64,000 bases of DNA, from assembly GCA_964016885.1 (NCBI GenBank), contig OZ024761.1, positions 23,064,001-23,128,000 of the forward strand, in the 5' to 3' direction. Shown here piece by piece: positions 41,456 through 55,849 of the stretch. Under the pieces are notes generated by a model. The model saw only the letters and a list, made by a program, of their open reading frames with translations, did not search any database and was not told the origin of the DNA. Within the stretch, counting starts at the first letter, position 1; each line of letters opens with the position of its first letter. This DNA comes from Eledone cirrhosa (lineage: Eukaryota). The translations under genes and the position numbers were made by a program.

Positions 41456-41985
41456 TGGCTTAGTGGTTAGAGCATTGGCCTTGCAATCGAAAGGTTGTGA
41501 GTTCAATTCTCAGACCGTGTTGTTTCCTTGAGCAAGACACTTTATTTCACATTGCTCCAGTTTACTCAGCTGTAGAAAAGAGATGATAGGACTGGGGTCC
41601 CTATCATTCCATTGCAAAGTGGTCGTGGAGGTGCCAGACACACACATATATATATATCCTCATGTAGATGACGGCATAAGAAAAGATTACTTAACACCGA
41701 TGTAGAGATTAAATATTCATTTTATTAAGGCATTCTTGCCTGATGAGACTGAGAAACATCCGAAACTCCTCAGTAACCAGACTCAATATTTAACATTAAT
41801 AAAATGAATATATATATATATATAAAGAATTAAAAAGAACAGAAAGATGCAGTAAAAGAGATTTATTCGGTTCTTACGTACGTTTCAATAGACATCTATT
41901 TGCCTAGATCTCGCTACATCTATAATATTATTTATTTAGTAGAGCATTCGATATCCAATGCACAATCGATCCCATATCATCAGAG

Positions 41986-42054
<69 letters not shown>

Positions 42055-42103
42055 TATATCTAATTATATTTATTTATGCTCATACACGGAACAAAAGCGT
42101 TAT

Positions 42104-42142
<39 letters not shown>

Positions 42143-42187
42143 TAAAGAAAACGAAAAATCAGTGATGCATCTGGACTTAATTTATTG

Positions 42188-42277
42188 CGTGTTACAATTG
42201 TTTCGCCGGCAGGTAGCTCGAGACATGGTCCCTGTATGGATCTGGCTGATTTTACTTCTGCGGGTTTTTCAGACACG
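42188..42277 (-). ncRNA. Hammerhead-like motif with long stem II and a G8>A change
   Basis: cgtgt-CTGAAAA-acccgcag...ctgccggc-GAA-ACAATTGT-A-acacg. Confidence 0.6.
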
Positions 42278-42755
42278 AGTGTTTCGTCTGGAGCAAATGT
42301 TATCACATACCGCCCATGGAAGCACCATAGCTACCATTATACACAACTATATATATATATATATAGTCACAGATATATATGTTTTGGCAACCATTCACGA
42401 TGTGGCTCAATGATGAATTAATAAATTAAATAATCAGAGCAATATACTATAAAGTATGTCAATAGAATCATTTGATAAGATATATACACCATTTCCTCTC
42501 CCAATTAGCATAATCAACCACACAAAAAATCAATTAAACCAGGCTATAAGATTAAAAGGCACCTATGAAATAGTTGCTAAATAAACGACAGCAATCTATT
42601 CGCGATCAACCGCTATAGAATATTTACCCAACATTTCAATAGCACGTGGAAATCGATTAAATATACCGTCAACCATACACAATTAGGTATAAAATTAAAG
42701 TTAGAAGAAAAAATGCATATACACATACCAAATGATTCTATGGACATACTTTATA

Positions 42756-42819
<64 letters not shown>

Positions 42820-42908
42820 TATATATATATAATATATATATATATATATAAGCATCTATGATGAAGAGTTTCTTCTTTTGTTTTGGCCATATTATATACT
42901 ATTAAACA

Positions 42909-42970
42909 TATTATCTGATGAGGACGTACTGTTGAACTTAATTCAGTACCTCTGAAATATGTATAATAAA
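42909..42970 (+). ncRNA. Minimal hammerhead ribozyme (family A relative)
   Basis: ttat-CTGATGA-ggac-gtactg/cagtac-ctct-GAA-ATATGTAT-A-ataa. Confidence 0.7.
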
Positions 42971-43137
42971 ATATAATTGATCACAGAATATCTATTTTGT
43001 TAATATTTGGAATTAATATTAATAATTCTGTAAAAAGAATTTTCTGTTGAGTGCTTCCAATCTATTGTAAAACTCATTCTTTGATGTACGCATTGAATCT
43101 TGTTTAACTCTTAAATATATATTTATATATATATATT

Positions 43138-43168
<31 letters not shown>

Positions 43169-43359
43169 ATATACATATATATACATATATATACATATAT
43201 ACACACACACATATCTATAAATACATAAATGGTCATATCCATGTATGAGTGTATACATTTATGTATATCTACATACGTAGACATATGCATATATGCATAC
43301 ATTTATATAGGTATATATAATTAATTTTATGTCGATATAAATAAATAAATGAACTTATG

Positions 43360-43422
<63 letters not shown>

Positions 43423-43449
43423 GTATCTCTCTCTCTCTTTCTCTCTCTC

Positions 43450-43502
<53 letters not shown>

Positions 43503-43747
43503 GCATACAGTGAGAGAGAGATAGTCACATTAAAACTCTCAATCCGATAAATGTATATTATCAGTTTTGTAAATGATAAAAAAAATTAATATTTTTATCA
43601 AAATAATATTTCTCCATTTCTTATTTCAATTCCATGTTTTTTCTTTTTTTTCTTTTCTTTCTTAAACTGTTGTTTTCATTGTTTTTCTCTTTCTTTCTCT
43701 TCTTTTCATGCTTTCTCCTGCTGGCTGCTGTTGCTGTTGTTATCTTT

Positions 43748-43798
<51 letters not shown>

Positions 43799-43871
43799 AA
43801 ATTACTACTACTACTTTAAATATCAATATTCTATTCTACCAATTTTGAAAAAATAATGTCAATGCATTAAT

Positions 43872-43945
<74 letters not shown>

Positions 43946-44275
43946 CACACATACACATACACACACACACACATATATATATATATAAAATATTGAATAT
44001 ATATACATATATATAAAACATTAAATGTATTCCATCCTCATAAATTCACCAACTCACTCAACCCAAAATAACAATAACAACAACGACAACAACAACAATG
44101 ACAACAACATCAATGACAACAACAACAATAACAACAACATCAATGACAACAACAATAATGAAAATAACAATAACAATAATAACAACTGCAATAATGAAAA
44201 TAACGAAACCTGTAGTTAATTATCAGGGAATATGGTGAAAAGAGGTTAAAAGAAATTGAAGCCCATAATAAGAAA

Positions 44276-46869
44276 ATGTCTGACCCAGAATCGATGCCGA
44301 ATGCAAAATCAAAAAGCCCTTCCCCTTCACCAAACAACCTTCAAGTGGAGCCCTTAAAGAAAGGTCGCAGCCTTAAGATTTCAAGTTCGGAACGTACAAT
44401 GTTGAAGAATCGAAGCAACTCCAAGTCTAAGAGGAGTTCCTTGTCTAGACGAATGAGAAATTTCCAGTTTGGGAGGAGGAAAGCTACAACGTGTTCCTCT
44501 CCAGAAACTGTCACATCTGGTGCTGAAAATAGCGGAAATGGAGACGATGATCGAAGTGGTGACGGTGATGAGGGAAATGGAAGTAACAAAGATGGCCGCA
44601 GTGGAGGAGGAGGAGAAGAAGAAGTTGGTGTTAATAATTCATCGTCGGCAACGACAACAACGCCCTCTGTCGATGCTCGGTTACAAAAAATGTTGCACGG
44701 AACGTGGTCGAAAATCTTCTCGCACAGGACAGGTCAAAGTGCACCTGGTGACGTCACATTGCGACAGGTAGGGAAGACGAAAACTTCCGATTTATCATCT
44801 AGTTGTTCATCCTCACCAGAATCCACCAACCGGAAACGGGCGGTGAGGCATTTACAAACGTCGAAAGATGATGTCGGCCGCCGTAATGGTAATGGTGGTG
44901 GTGGTGGGGAGGAATTCAACAGTGGTGCTTCGACTGTCGGCAAAAGACAAACGTGCGGTTCGGGTTCAGGTTCGAAAAATGGAGGGGGCAGCTGTAATGT
45001 CACTGCATCTGACGGAGATTCCCGCAAGATGTCGCTGAGCACGCGTTTATCAAGTATTATACATCCACGGAAATGTTCTCAGGTCACTAAATATTCTGCA
45101 GTCAAACCGGACAGCAGTGATTCTGATTCACCATATTTGGAAACGGCAACAGGGAGACAACTGGCAGGAAGTGAACAACATGGGAGCGGCAACCAAGAGT
45201 GTGACAACACCACCAAAAAATATCGCCTAGCGTCGAGTAGCAGCACGGGATGTAGTGCAATTACTACTGCTACTAATAATAACAAAGGTAAAAATACTGC
45301 TACCTCTACTACTGCTACTACTATTACTACTGGAAGTGTTAGTAGTAGTGGTAGTAGTATTACTGCTGGACATTGCAGTGGACAATCTAGTGGTGGTGGA
45401 GGTGGTGGTGGTGGTGGTTTTAGTCGCCTTCTCAGCGTGGCCGGATTCGGTAGATCAGCCACGGCTCCGAAATTGTCATCGAAAACTCTGCCTCAGATAT
45501 CGTTGACATCACCACCGACCACACCGCCATCGCCTTCCGGTGAGTTAATCCAAAGACAGCAACAACAACTACAACAGCAGCAGCAACAACAACAACAACA
45601 TCAGCATCAATCGAGTACGGCAATCCTCATCGAAGAATCCGAACACTTGATAGCGATCGATGAAGATAGAAACCTTCCACTGCAACTTGAGCAGCAACAT
45701 CATCATCAACAACAACTTCCCCCACAACAACAAAAACAACAATATTTTCAATCCCAGAGAAGTGTATTTAATTCCCCGGGGGTTTCAGGGTTCGAGTCGT
45801 CCCCGCCGCCTTGCTACGGTCCAGGAACGGCTTTTCCAGAACTCGAGCATTCTGTAATGTCACAGAATGTTTCGTATAACTCACAGTTAAACCAGCCATC
45901 AACCCTAAACTTCAGGCCTTCCCCCTACTCCGGCTCTTTTTTGTCATCAAATATTGCATCGTCTGCCTTCTTGCCGATATCAACATCTTCGTCATTCTCT
46001 GGAAAGAAATTTAGTTCGTTGATCGGCCGCAATAGGACGCCACCTAACACGCTGCGTTCGAGTTCGTTGGACGAGTATCGAACGTCCTCGTACGATGACT
46101 TTATAACGCCAACGACGACGACGACAGCGCCACCTTCAGCAGCTTTAGGTGGCAACAGAGTGGGCGGTTTCGTGGTGGGGGGCGGCTGTGGTGGTATTGG
46201 GCGGGGTGGAGTGGGTATGTCTTTATTCTCGTCTTCCTCGTTATCGCCATCACCCTCGTCTGTTACCATGGCAATGATAACTGGAGGGGGAGGAACGACA
46301 ACACCATCGTCATCATCATCATCATCAACAGCAGCAGCAGCAGCAGCTGCTGCAACAGCAACCACAGCAATAATCTCCGCCACTACATGTGCTAAATCAC
46401 CGCAAACACAATCACAAACTCCCTCAACAACAACAACACCAACAACAACAATTCTAAGCCCCTTAACCTTCTCATCAACATCAACACCAATTTTATCATC
46501 GCCGCCATTATCAACAGTATCTTTACCCAAGCCACCATCCTACTATTCCGCCATTACGCCTTCATTAAACGCTGTCTCTGCGACCAAATGTAGCCCAGAT
46601 TCAGCCCCCTCATTTACACCAACTTATCACCACCATCATCATCATCTTCATCATCAAACGTCAGACACCACTCCTACCAATAGAAACCTCTCGTCACTGG
46701 CCCCAACAACCGGCTTGAACAGATATTACAGTAGCACTTCGACGGCCTATTTCAACGCGAATGATCGACCCCACCTTAAGAAGTGGCTCTCCTGTACCAC
46801 TGCACCGACCACCTCCCCCCTCGCCTTGCCACCAACCAGTGCTAGTATGTCGTTCGGATTTCGGATGAG
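44276..46869 (+). CDS. Large first coding exon of a host gene (Ser/Thr/Gly/Gln-rich, probably disordered)
   Basis: 2.6-kb non-tandem ORF with mixed codons; ends at candidate donor AG|gtagac (phase 2), compatible with the exon at 59067. Confidence 0.65.
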
Positions 46870-47734
46870 GTAGACATTTCTTTTTTTAATCTTCTTCTTC
46901 TTTCTGTCTCGGTCTTGCTTTCGTCTTCATCTTCATCTTCGTCTTTGGCTTTGTCTTTGCATACTCATGTTGAGTCAATGCAATGATCTGTTGTTGCTGT
47001 TGTTGTTGTTGTTGTTGTTGTCACCGCACTATTGTTGACGATGCTGCTATTGCCATTAGTATTGTTGTTGTTGTTGTTGTTGTTGTTACTACACTATTGT
47101 TGACAGAGCTACTACTATTATAATTAGTGTTGTTGCTGTTATTGTTGTCATTACATTATTGTTGACTATGCTACTACTATAATAATTAGTACTGTTGTTG
47201 TTGTTGTTGTTGTCACTGCACTATTGCTGATGATGTCACCATTGTTGTTGTTCTGGATATTAATTGTTGTTGTTGCTACTCTACTACTGGTATTGTTGTT
47301 GCTAAAATTGTGGTTGTTGCTACTACTGTCGTCATAGATATTGTTGTTGTTTCCTTACTAATGTAGTAGTAGTAGTATTAGTAGTTGTTGTTGTTGTAGT
47401 TTTGATATTGTACTCTATAGCACGTTCTATCAATTCTGCAATTCGCATCGTTCTGTGTATTTTCGTGTATTTCCCTTGTGGGCCTTGCGAGTTGGAATGG
47501 CCCTTCCAGTGCATCTTCCTCCCTTACCAACCTCCGGGGAAACACCTTCTCCATTCTGTCCACCAGGGCTGTGGGGAGGCCATCAATATGATTACTTAAC
47601 CCTTTCATTAACATATTTCTAATTCAAGGTTATCCCTAATGAATCTTTAATAGGGGTAAGAAAGTAATTTCTGCACGTGAAAATCAAGGAAGGTTGTTAG
47701 AGTGTAAATATGCCAGGTCTAACACTCAGACATT

Positions 47735-50700
47735 GTAGCTATGGTAGTGTTGTGTGGACTGTCAGACATTGTAGCTATAGTAGTGTTGTGTTGACTGTCA
47801 GACATTGTAGCTATAGTAGTGTTGTGTTGACTGTCAGACATTGTAGCTATAGTAGTGTTGTGTTGACTGTCAGACATTGTAGCTATAGTAGTGTTGTGTT
47901 GACTGTCAGACATTGTAGCTATAGTAGTGTTGTGTGGACTGTCAGACATTGTAGCTATAGTAGTGTTGTGTTGACTATAAGACATTGTAGCTATAGTAGT
48001 GTTGTGTTGACTGTCAGACATTGTAGCTATAGTAGTGTTGTGTTGACTGTCAGACATTGTAGCTATAGTAGTGTTGTGTTGACTATAAGACATTGTAGCT
48101 ATAGTAGTGTTGTGTTGACTGTCAGACATTGTAGCTATAGTAGTGTTGTGTTGACTATAAGACATTGTAGCTATAGTAGTGTTGTGTTGACTGTCAGACA
48201 TTGTAGCTATAGTAGTGTTGTGCGGACTGTCAGACATTGTAGCTATAGTAGTGTTGTGCGGACTGTCAGACATTGTAGCTATAGTAGTGTTGTGCGGACT
48301 GTCAGACATTGTAGCTATGGTAGTGTTGTGTTGACTATAAGACATTGTAGCTATAGTAGTGTTGTGCGGACTGTCAGACATTGTAGCTATAGTAGTGTTG
48401 TGCGGACTGTCAGACATTGTAGCTATAGTAGTGTTGTGTTGACTGTCAGACATTGTAGCTATAGTAGTGTTGTGTTGACTATAAGACATTGTAGCTATAG
48501 TAGTGTTGTGCGGACTGTCAGACATTGTAGCTATAGTAGTGTTGTGTTGACTATAAGACATTGTAGCTATAGTAGTGTTGTGTTGACTGTCAGACATTGT
48601 AGCTATAGTAGTGTTGTGTTGACTATAAGACATTGTAGCTATAGTAGTGTTGTGTTGACTGTCAGACATTGTAGCTATAGTAGTGTTGTGTTGACTATAA
48701 GACATTGTAGCTATAGTAGTGTTGTGCGGACTGTCAGACATTGTAGCTATAGTAGTGTTGTGCGGACTGTCAGACATTGTAGCTATAGTAGTGTTGTGTT
48801 GACTATAAGACATTGTAGCTATAGTAGTGTTGTGTTGACTGTCAGACATTGTAGCTATAGTAGTGTTGTGCGGACTGTCAGACATTGTAGCTATAGTAGT
48901 GTTGTGTTGACTGTCAGACATTGTAGCTATAGTAGTGTTGTGTTGACTATAAGACATTGTAGCTATAGTAGTGTTGTGTTGACTGTCAGACATTGTAGCT
49001 ATAGTAGTGTTGTGTTGACTGTCAGACATTGTAGCTATAGTAGTGTTGTGTGGACTGTCAGACATTGTAGCTATAGTAGTGTTGTGTTGACTGTCAGACA
49101 TTGTAGCTATAGTAGTGTTGTGTTGACTGTCAGACATTGTAGCTATAGTAGTGTTGTGTTGACTGTCAGACATTGTAGCTATAGTAGTGTTGTGTGGACT
49201 GTCAGACATTGTAGCTATAGTAGTGTTGTGTGGACTATAAGACATTGTAGCTATAGTAGTGTTGTGCGGACTGTCAGACATTGTAGCTATAGTAGTGTTG
49301 TGCGGACTATAAGACATTGTAGCTATGGTAGTGTTGTGTGGACTATAAGACATTGTAGCTATAGTAGTGTTGTGCGGACTGTCAGACATTGTAGCTATAG
49401 TAGTGTTGTGTGGACTATAAGACATTGTAGCTATAGTAGTGTTGTGTTGACTGTCAGACATTGTAGCTATAGTAGTGTTGTGCGGACTATAAGACATTGT
49501 AGCTATAGTAGTGTTGTGTGGACTATAAGACATTGTAGCTATAGTAGTGTTGTGCGGACTGTCAGACATTGTAGCTATAGTAGTGTTGTGCGGACTATAA
49601 GACATTGTAGCTATGGTAGTGTTGTGTGGACTATAAGACATTGTAGCTATAGTAGTGTTGTGTTGACTATAAGACATTGTAGCTATGGTAGTGTTGTGCG
49701 GACTATAAGACATTGTAGCTATAGTAGTGTTGTGTTGACTATAAGACATTGTAGCTATAGTAGTGTTGTGCGGACTATAAGACATTGTAGCTATGGTAGT
49801 GTTGTGTGGACTATAAGACATTGTAGCTATAGTAGTGTTGTGTTGACTATAAGACATTGTAGCTATGGTAGTGTTGTGCGGACTATAAGACATTGTAGCT
49901 ATAGTAGTGTTGTGTTGACTATAAGACATTGTAGCTATAGTAGTGTTGTGCGGACTATAAGACATTGTAGCTATAGTAGTGTTGTGCGGACTATAAGACA
50001 TTGTAGCTATGGTAGTGTTGTGTTGACTATAAGACATTGTAGCTATGGTAGTGTTGTGTTGACTATAATACATTGTAGCTATGGTAGTGTTGTGTTGACT
50101 ATAAGACATTGTAGCTATGGTAGTGTTGTGTTGACTATAAGACATTGTAGCTATGGTAGTGTTGTGTTGACTATAATACATTGTAGCTATGGTAGTGTTG
50201 TGTTGACTATAATACATTGTAGCTATGGTAGTGTTGTGTTGACTATAAGACATTGTAGCTATGGTAGTGTTGTGCGGACTGTCAGACATTGTAGCTATAG
50301 TAGTGTTGTGCGGACTGTCAGACATTGTAGCTATAGTAGTGTTGTGTTGACTGTCAGACATTGTAGCTATAGTAGTGTTGTGTTGACTATAAGACATTGT
50401 AGCTATAGTAGTGTTGTGTTGACTATAATACATTGTAGCTATGGTAGTGTTGTGTTGACTATAAGACATTGTAGCTATGGTAGTGTTGTGTTGACTCTCA
50501 GACATTGTAGCTATAGTAGTGTTGTGTTGACTATAAGACATTGTAGCTATAGTAGTGTTGTGTTGACTCTCAGACATTGTAGCTATAGTAGTGTTGTGTT
50601 GACTGTCAGACATTGTAGCTATAGTAGTGTTGTGTTGACTGTCAGACATTGTAGCTATAGTAGTGTTGTGTTGACTGTCAGACATTGTAGCTATAGTAGT

Positions 50701-52837
50701 GTTGTGTTGACTATAAGACATTGTAGCTATAGTAGTGTTGTGTGGACTATAAGACATTGTAGCTATAGTAGTGTTGTGTTGACTGTCAGACATTGTAGCT
50801 ATGGTAGTGTTGTGTGGACTGTCAGACATTGTAGCTATAGTAGTGTTGTGTGGACTATAAGACATTGTAGCTATAGTAGTGTTGTGCGGACTGTCAGACA
50901 TTGTAGCTATAGTAGTGTTGTGTGGACTGTCAGACATTGTAGCTATAGTAGTGTTGTGTGGACTGTCAGACATTGTAGCTATAGTAGTGTTGTGCGGACT
51001 GTCAGACATTGTAGCTATAGTAGTGTTGTGTGGACTGTCAGACATTGTAGCTATAGTAGTGTTGTGTTGACTATAAGACATTGTAGCTATAGTAGTGTTG
51101 TGTTGACTATAAGACATTGTAGCTATAGTAGTGTTGTGCGGACTGTCAGACATTGTAGCTATAGTAGTGTTGTGCGGACTGTCAGACATTGTAGCTATAG
51201 TAGTGTTGTGTGGACTGTCAGACATTGTAGCTATAGTAGTGTTGTGTGGACTGTCAGACATTGTAGCTATAGTAGTGTTGTGTTGACTATAAGACATTGT
51301 AGCTATAGTAGTGTTGTGTTGACTATAAGACATTGTAGCTATAGTAGTGTTGTGCGGACTGTCAGACATTGTAGCTATAGTAGTGTTGTGTGGACTGTCA
51401 GACATTGTAGCTATAGTAGTGTTGTGTGGACTGTCAGACATTGTAGCTATAGTAGTGTTGTGCGGACTGTCAGACATTGTAGCTATAGTAGTGTTGTGTT
51501 GACTATAAGACATTGTAGCTATAGTAGTGTTGTGTTGACTATAAGACATTGTAGCTATAGTAGTGTTGTGCGGACTGTCAGACATTGTAGCTATAGTAGT
51601 GTTGTGTGGACTGTCAGACATTGTAGCTATAGTAGTGTTGTGTGGACTGTCAGACATTGTAGCTATAGTAGTGTTGTGCGGACTGTCAGACATTGTAGCT
51701 ATAGTAGTGTTGTGTGGACTGTCAGACATTGTAGCTATAGTAGTGTTGTGTGGACTGTCAGACATTGTAGCTATGGTAGTGTTGTGTTGACTATAAGACA
51801 TTGTAGCTATAGTAGTGTTGTGCGGACTGTCAGACATTGTAGCTATAGTAGTGTTGTGTGGACTGTCAGACATTGTAGCTATAGTAGTGTTGTGTGGACT
51901 GTCAGACATTGTAGCTATGGTAGTGTTGTGCGGACTGTCAGACATTGTAGCTATAGTAGTGTTGTGTGGACTGTCAGACATTGTAGCTATAGTAGTGTTG
52001 TGTGGACTGTCAGACATTGTAGCTATGGTAGTGTTGTGTGGACTGTCAGACATTGTAGCTATAGTAGTGTTGTGTGGACTGTCAGACATTGTAGCTATAG
52101 TAGTGTTGTGTGGACTGTCAGACATTGTAGCTATGGTAGTGTTGTGTGGACTGTCAGACATTGTAGCTATAGTAGTGTTGTGTGGACTGTCAGACATTGT
52201 AGCTATGGTAGTGTTGTGTGGACTGTCAGACATTGTAGCTATGGTAGTGTTGTGTTGACTGTCAGACATTGTAGCTATGGTAGTGTTGTGTTGACTGTCA
52301 GACATTGTAGCTATGGTAGTGTTGTGCGGACTGTCAGACATTGTAGCTATAGTAGTGTTGTGTTGACTATAAGACATTGTAGCTATGGTAGTGTTGTGTT
52401 GACTGTCAGACATTGTAGCTATGGTAGTGTTGTGCGGACTGTCAGACATTGTAGCTATAGTAGTGTTGTGTTGACTATAAGACATTGTAGCTATGGTAGT
52501 GTTGTGTTGACTGTCAGACATTGTAGCTATGGTAGTGTTGTGCGGACTGTCAGACATTGTAGCTATAGTAGTGTTGTGTTGACTATAAGACATTGTAGCT
52601 ATGGTAGTGTTGTGTTGACTGTCAGACATTGTAGCTATGGTAGTGTTGTGCGGACTGTCAGACATTGTAGCTATGGTAGTGTTGTGTTGACTGTCAGACA
52701 TTGTAGCTATGGTAGTGTTGTGCGGACTGTCAGACATTGTAGCTATAGTAGTGTTGTGCGGACTGTCAGACATTGTAGCTATGGTAGTGTTGTGCGGACT
52801 GTCAGACATTGTAGCTATAGTAGTGTTGTGTTGACTG
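47735..52837. repeat. 36-bp tandem satellite (~140 copies)
   Basis: Unit cagacattgtagctatagtagtgttgtgttgactgt with a few recurrent variant positions. Confidence 0.97.
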
Positions 52838-53099
52838 GTATACATGGGCGACTACTGACTGGTCTTCCACAAACAAACTTGCCCGGAATTATACCACCTT
52901 GGAGGGGGAACTTACTAGGTGCAAATCCCACGGTCATTCATGACCGAAGGTGGAGAAGGGGTGGGGGGAGGGGGCTTTACACTCCCTTTACCTTTGTCCA
53001 AGAGATGCTAACTGAGGGTAGCGTTATTTATGTTAGTCTGTCATGGCAAGGTTGGTTGCCTCTCCTGTAAGTCTTGCGACTCACTAAGACGTGCTAGAT

Positions 53100-53146
<47 letters not shown>

Positions 53147-53381
53147 ATCCTCTCTACTACAGCTAATAGAATTGTGATTACATCAATAGATAATTATTAT
53201 CCAATTTATCGAAGCCCAAATATCTATTTCGTATCGTTCCAATATAATTTATATTACACTTCACTTTATTAACACTTGTAATCTTCAGAATAATTGCAAA
53301 TATACAAACATAGGTAACACACATGCCGGAACACAAACATATATCTATATATATATACATATATATAATATATATACATAC

Positions 53382-53443
<62 letters not shown>

Positions 53444-53489
53444 TGTATGTATACATATATGTATATATATATATGTATATATATATATC

Positions 53490-53522
<33 letters not shown>

Positions 53523-53941
53523 ACATATACTGTATATATGCATATATGTATACATATATATATATGCATATATATATGCATATATATATATATATATATA
53601 TATAAGGATATACACATAAGGATATACACATATGTTTGTGTTCCTGCAGTGCGTATAGAGATATTTATGTATGTGTCGTATTTTTCTTTCATGTGATGTA
53701 TGCAGATTAATTTTCCGTTGTATATTTCAGTAGAAGATTTTGTTATTATAGTTTCACAGTTGTGAAGAGATATATCAAGTTGACCAGTTTGTAATTATTA
53801 CACCTGAAGAAATACATAACCATTTCTGTAAATGTTCTAACACCTCCCCGGAAAGATAGACAAGCGCACAGTCTAAAAAATACCAATACAGTACAATAAA
53901 TGCATATATATATATGTATATATATATATATGTATATACAC

Positions 53942-53995
<54 letters not shown>

Positions 53996-54166
53996 TCTAT
54001 ATACTGGTCAATTCGAGAGGAAATGGTATATATTTTATCTTGTGATTCTATAGACATGTTTTATGATATATAGCTCTGATTATTTAATTTATTAATTTTT
54101 CATTGAGCCACAAAGTGACCAGTTGCAAAACACGTATATGTATATATATGTATATATATATGTAAA

Positions 54167-54226
<60 letters not shown>

Positions 54227-54227
54227 A

Positions 54228-54434
54228 GTGGTGGAACACTGGAAGGTAATATCCGTAGTGGTAGAGCACTCAGTCCATGGGACGAGTTAGGTAGAAGTGG
54301 TTACACAACAGTTAGTTCACCATACCGAGAACAATTGTTTCACCTTAGCGGATCCTCAGCTCGTAATCTGAGGATCCGCTAAGGTGAAACAATTGTTCTC
54401 GGTATGGTGAACTAACTGTTGTGTAACCACTTCT
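54228..54434. mobile_element. TA-embedded fold-back element with a hammerhead (54326-54363 minus; inverted partial copy 54368-54401 plus)
   Basis: cgag-CTGAGGA-tcc-gctaa-ggt-GAA-ACAATTGT-T-ctcg; second family copy at 61618-61822. Confidence 0.75.
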
Positions 54435-54445
54435 ATATATATATA

Positions 54446-54897
<452 letters not shown>

Positions 54898-54901
54898 TAG
54901 T

Positions 54902-55174
54902 GGAGGCACGTGGCCTAGTGGTAAGGGGGTTGGACTTACGATCATAATGTCGTGAGTTCGATTCCTGGGTTGTGTGTTGTGTTCTTGAGCAAAACACTTC
55001 ATTTCACGTTGCACCAGTATACTCAGGTGAAAATGAGTACCAGCAATAGCTGGGAATATATACCCTGCGATGGACTAGCGTCCTGTCCAGGAGGGAGTCT
55101 TGTACTCTCAGTCGCTTCACGTCATGAAACCGGGATAAGCACCGGCTAAATGAGCCTCCTGGCTTAAGACAGAC

Positions 55175-55178
<4 letters not shown>
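54902..55178 (+). mobile_element. tRNA-derived SINE (family C)
   Basis: ggaggcacgtggcctagtggtaag...gagttcgattcct head plus CORE-like cttgagcaaaacactt. Confidence 0.75.
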
Positions 55179-55222
<44 letters not shown>

Positions 55223-55644
55223 ATTATATATAATGTTTAATATAGAAATGGCTTCCACAGGAGTAGAACTGTTTCCTTTGAATGAAACAATTCTAGCCGT
55301 GGGATATGAACTGAGAATGTAGAGACCCACAACAAACTCTCCAACACTCTAACGATTATTGTTTAATTGCGGGCCAAGGTAATGAGTTGTAAACCATAAT
55401 AAGCGTAGATATTGATTAATTATCTTCTTTCAAAAGCATGTGCTAAATGTGAATGTTTCTTTATGCATGGTATAACTATCACCTATATATATTTATTCAT
55501 ATGTGGTGGGGAAAAAAAAAATGAATCTTTTGTTGATATTAAGCTTTTTGAATTATCAAATCACTGGGAATGTTTCAAATTTTAAAATGTGTAAGTCCCG
55601 AATACAGAAAATATCTGTAAAAGCAGACAACCATTATGAATAAT

Positions 55645-55825
55645 TGCTTCTAGTTTAGGTACAAGGCCAGCAATTAACCATTGAATTACTGGTACTTTAT
55701 TTTATCGACCCCGTAAGGATGAAAGGCAAAGTTAACCTCGGCGGGATTTGAACTCAGATCGTAAAGGGACGTAAATATGATGGAAAGCATGGCGTCCGAC
55801 CCTCTACTGATACTGCCAATCCACT
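55645..55825 (-). mobile_element. Nin/Deu-domain SINE
   Basis: Matches 7152-7332. Confidence 0.75.
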
Positions 55826-55849
55826 ATGAATAATAGTTAAGGAAATATT

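Noticed and set aside
41740-41770. CTGATGA...GAAAC motif
   Set aside because: Stems I-III do not pair convincingly; at most a decayed hammerhead, so not listed as a feature
47710-53070. 1786-aa and 1708-aa ORFs on opposite strands
   Set aside because: A stop-free 36-bp satellite unit explains both; no signal peptide or unique domain
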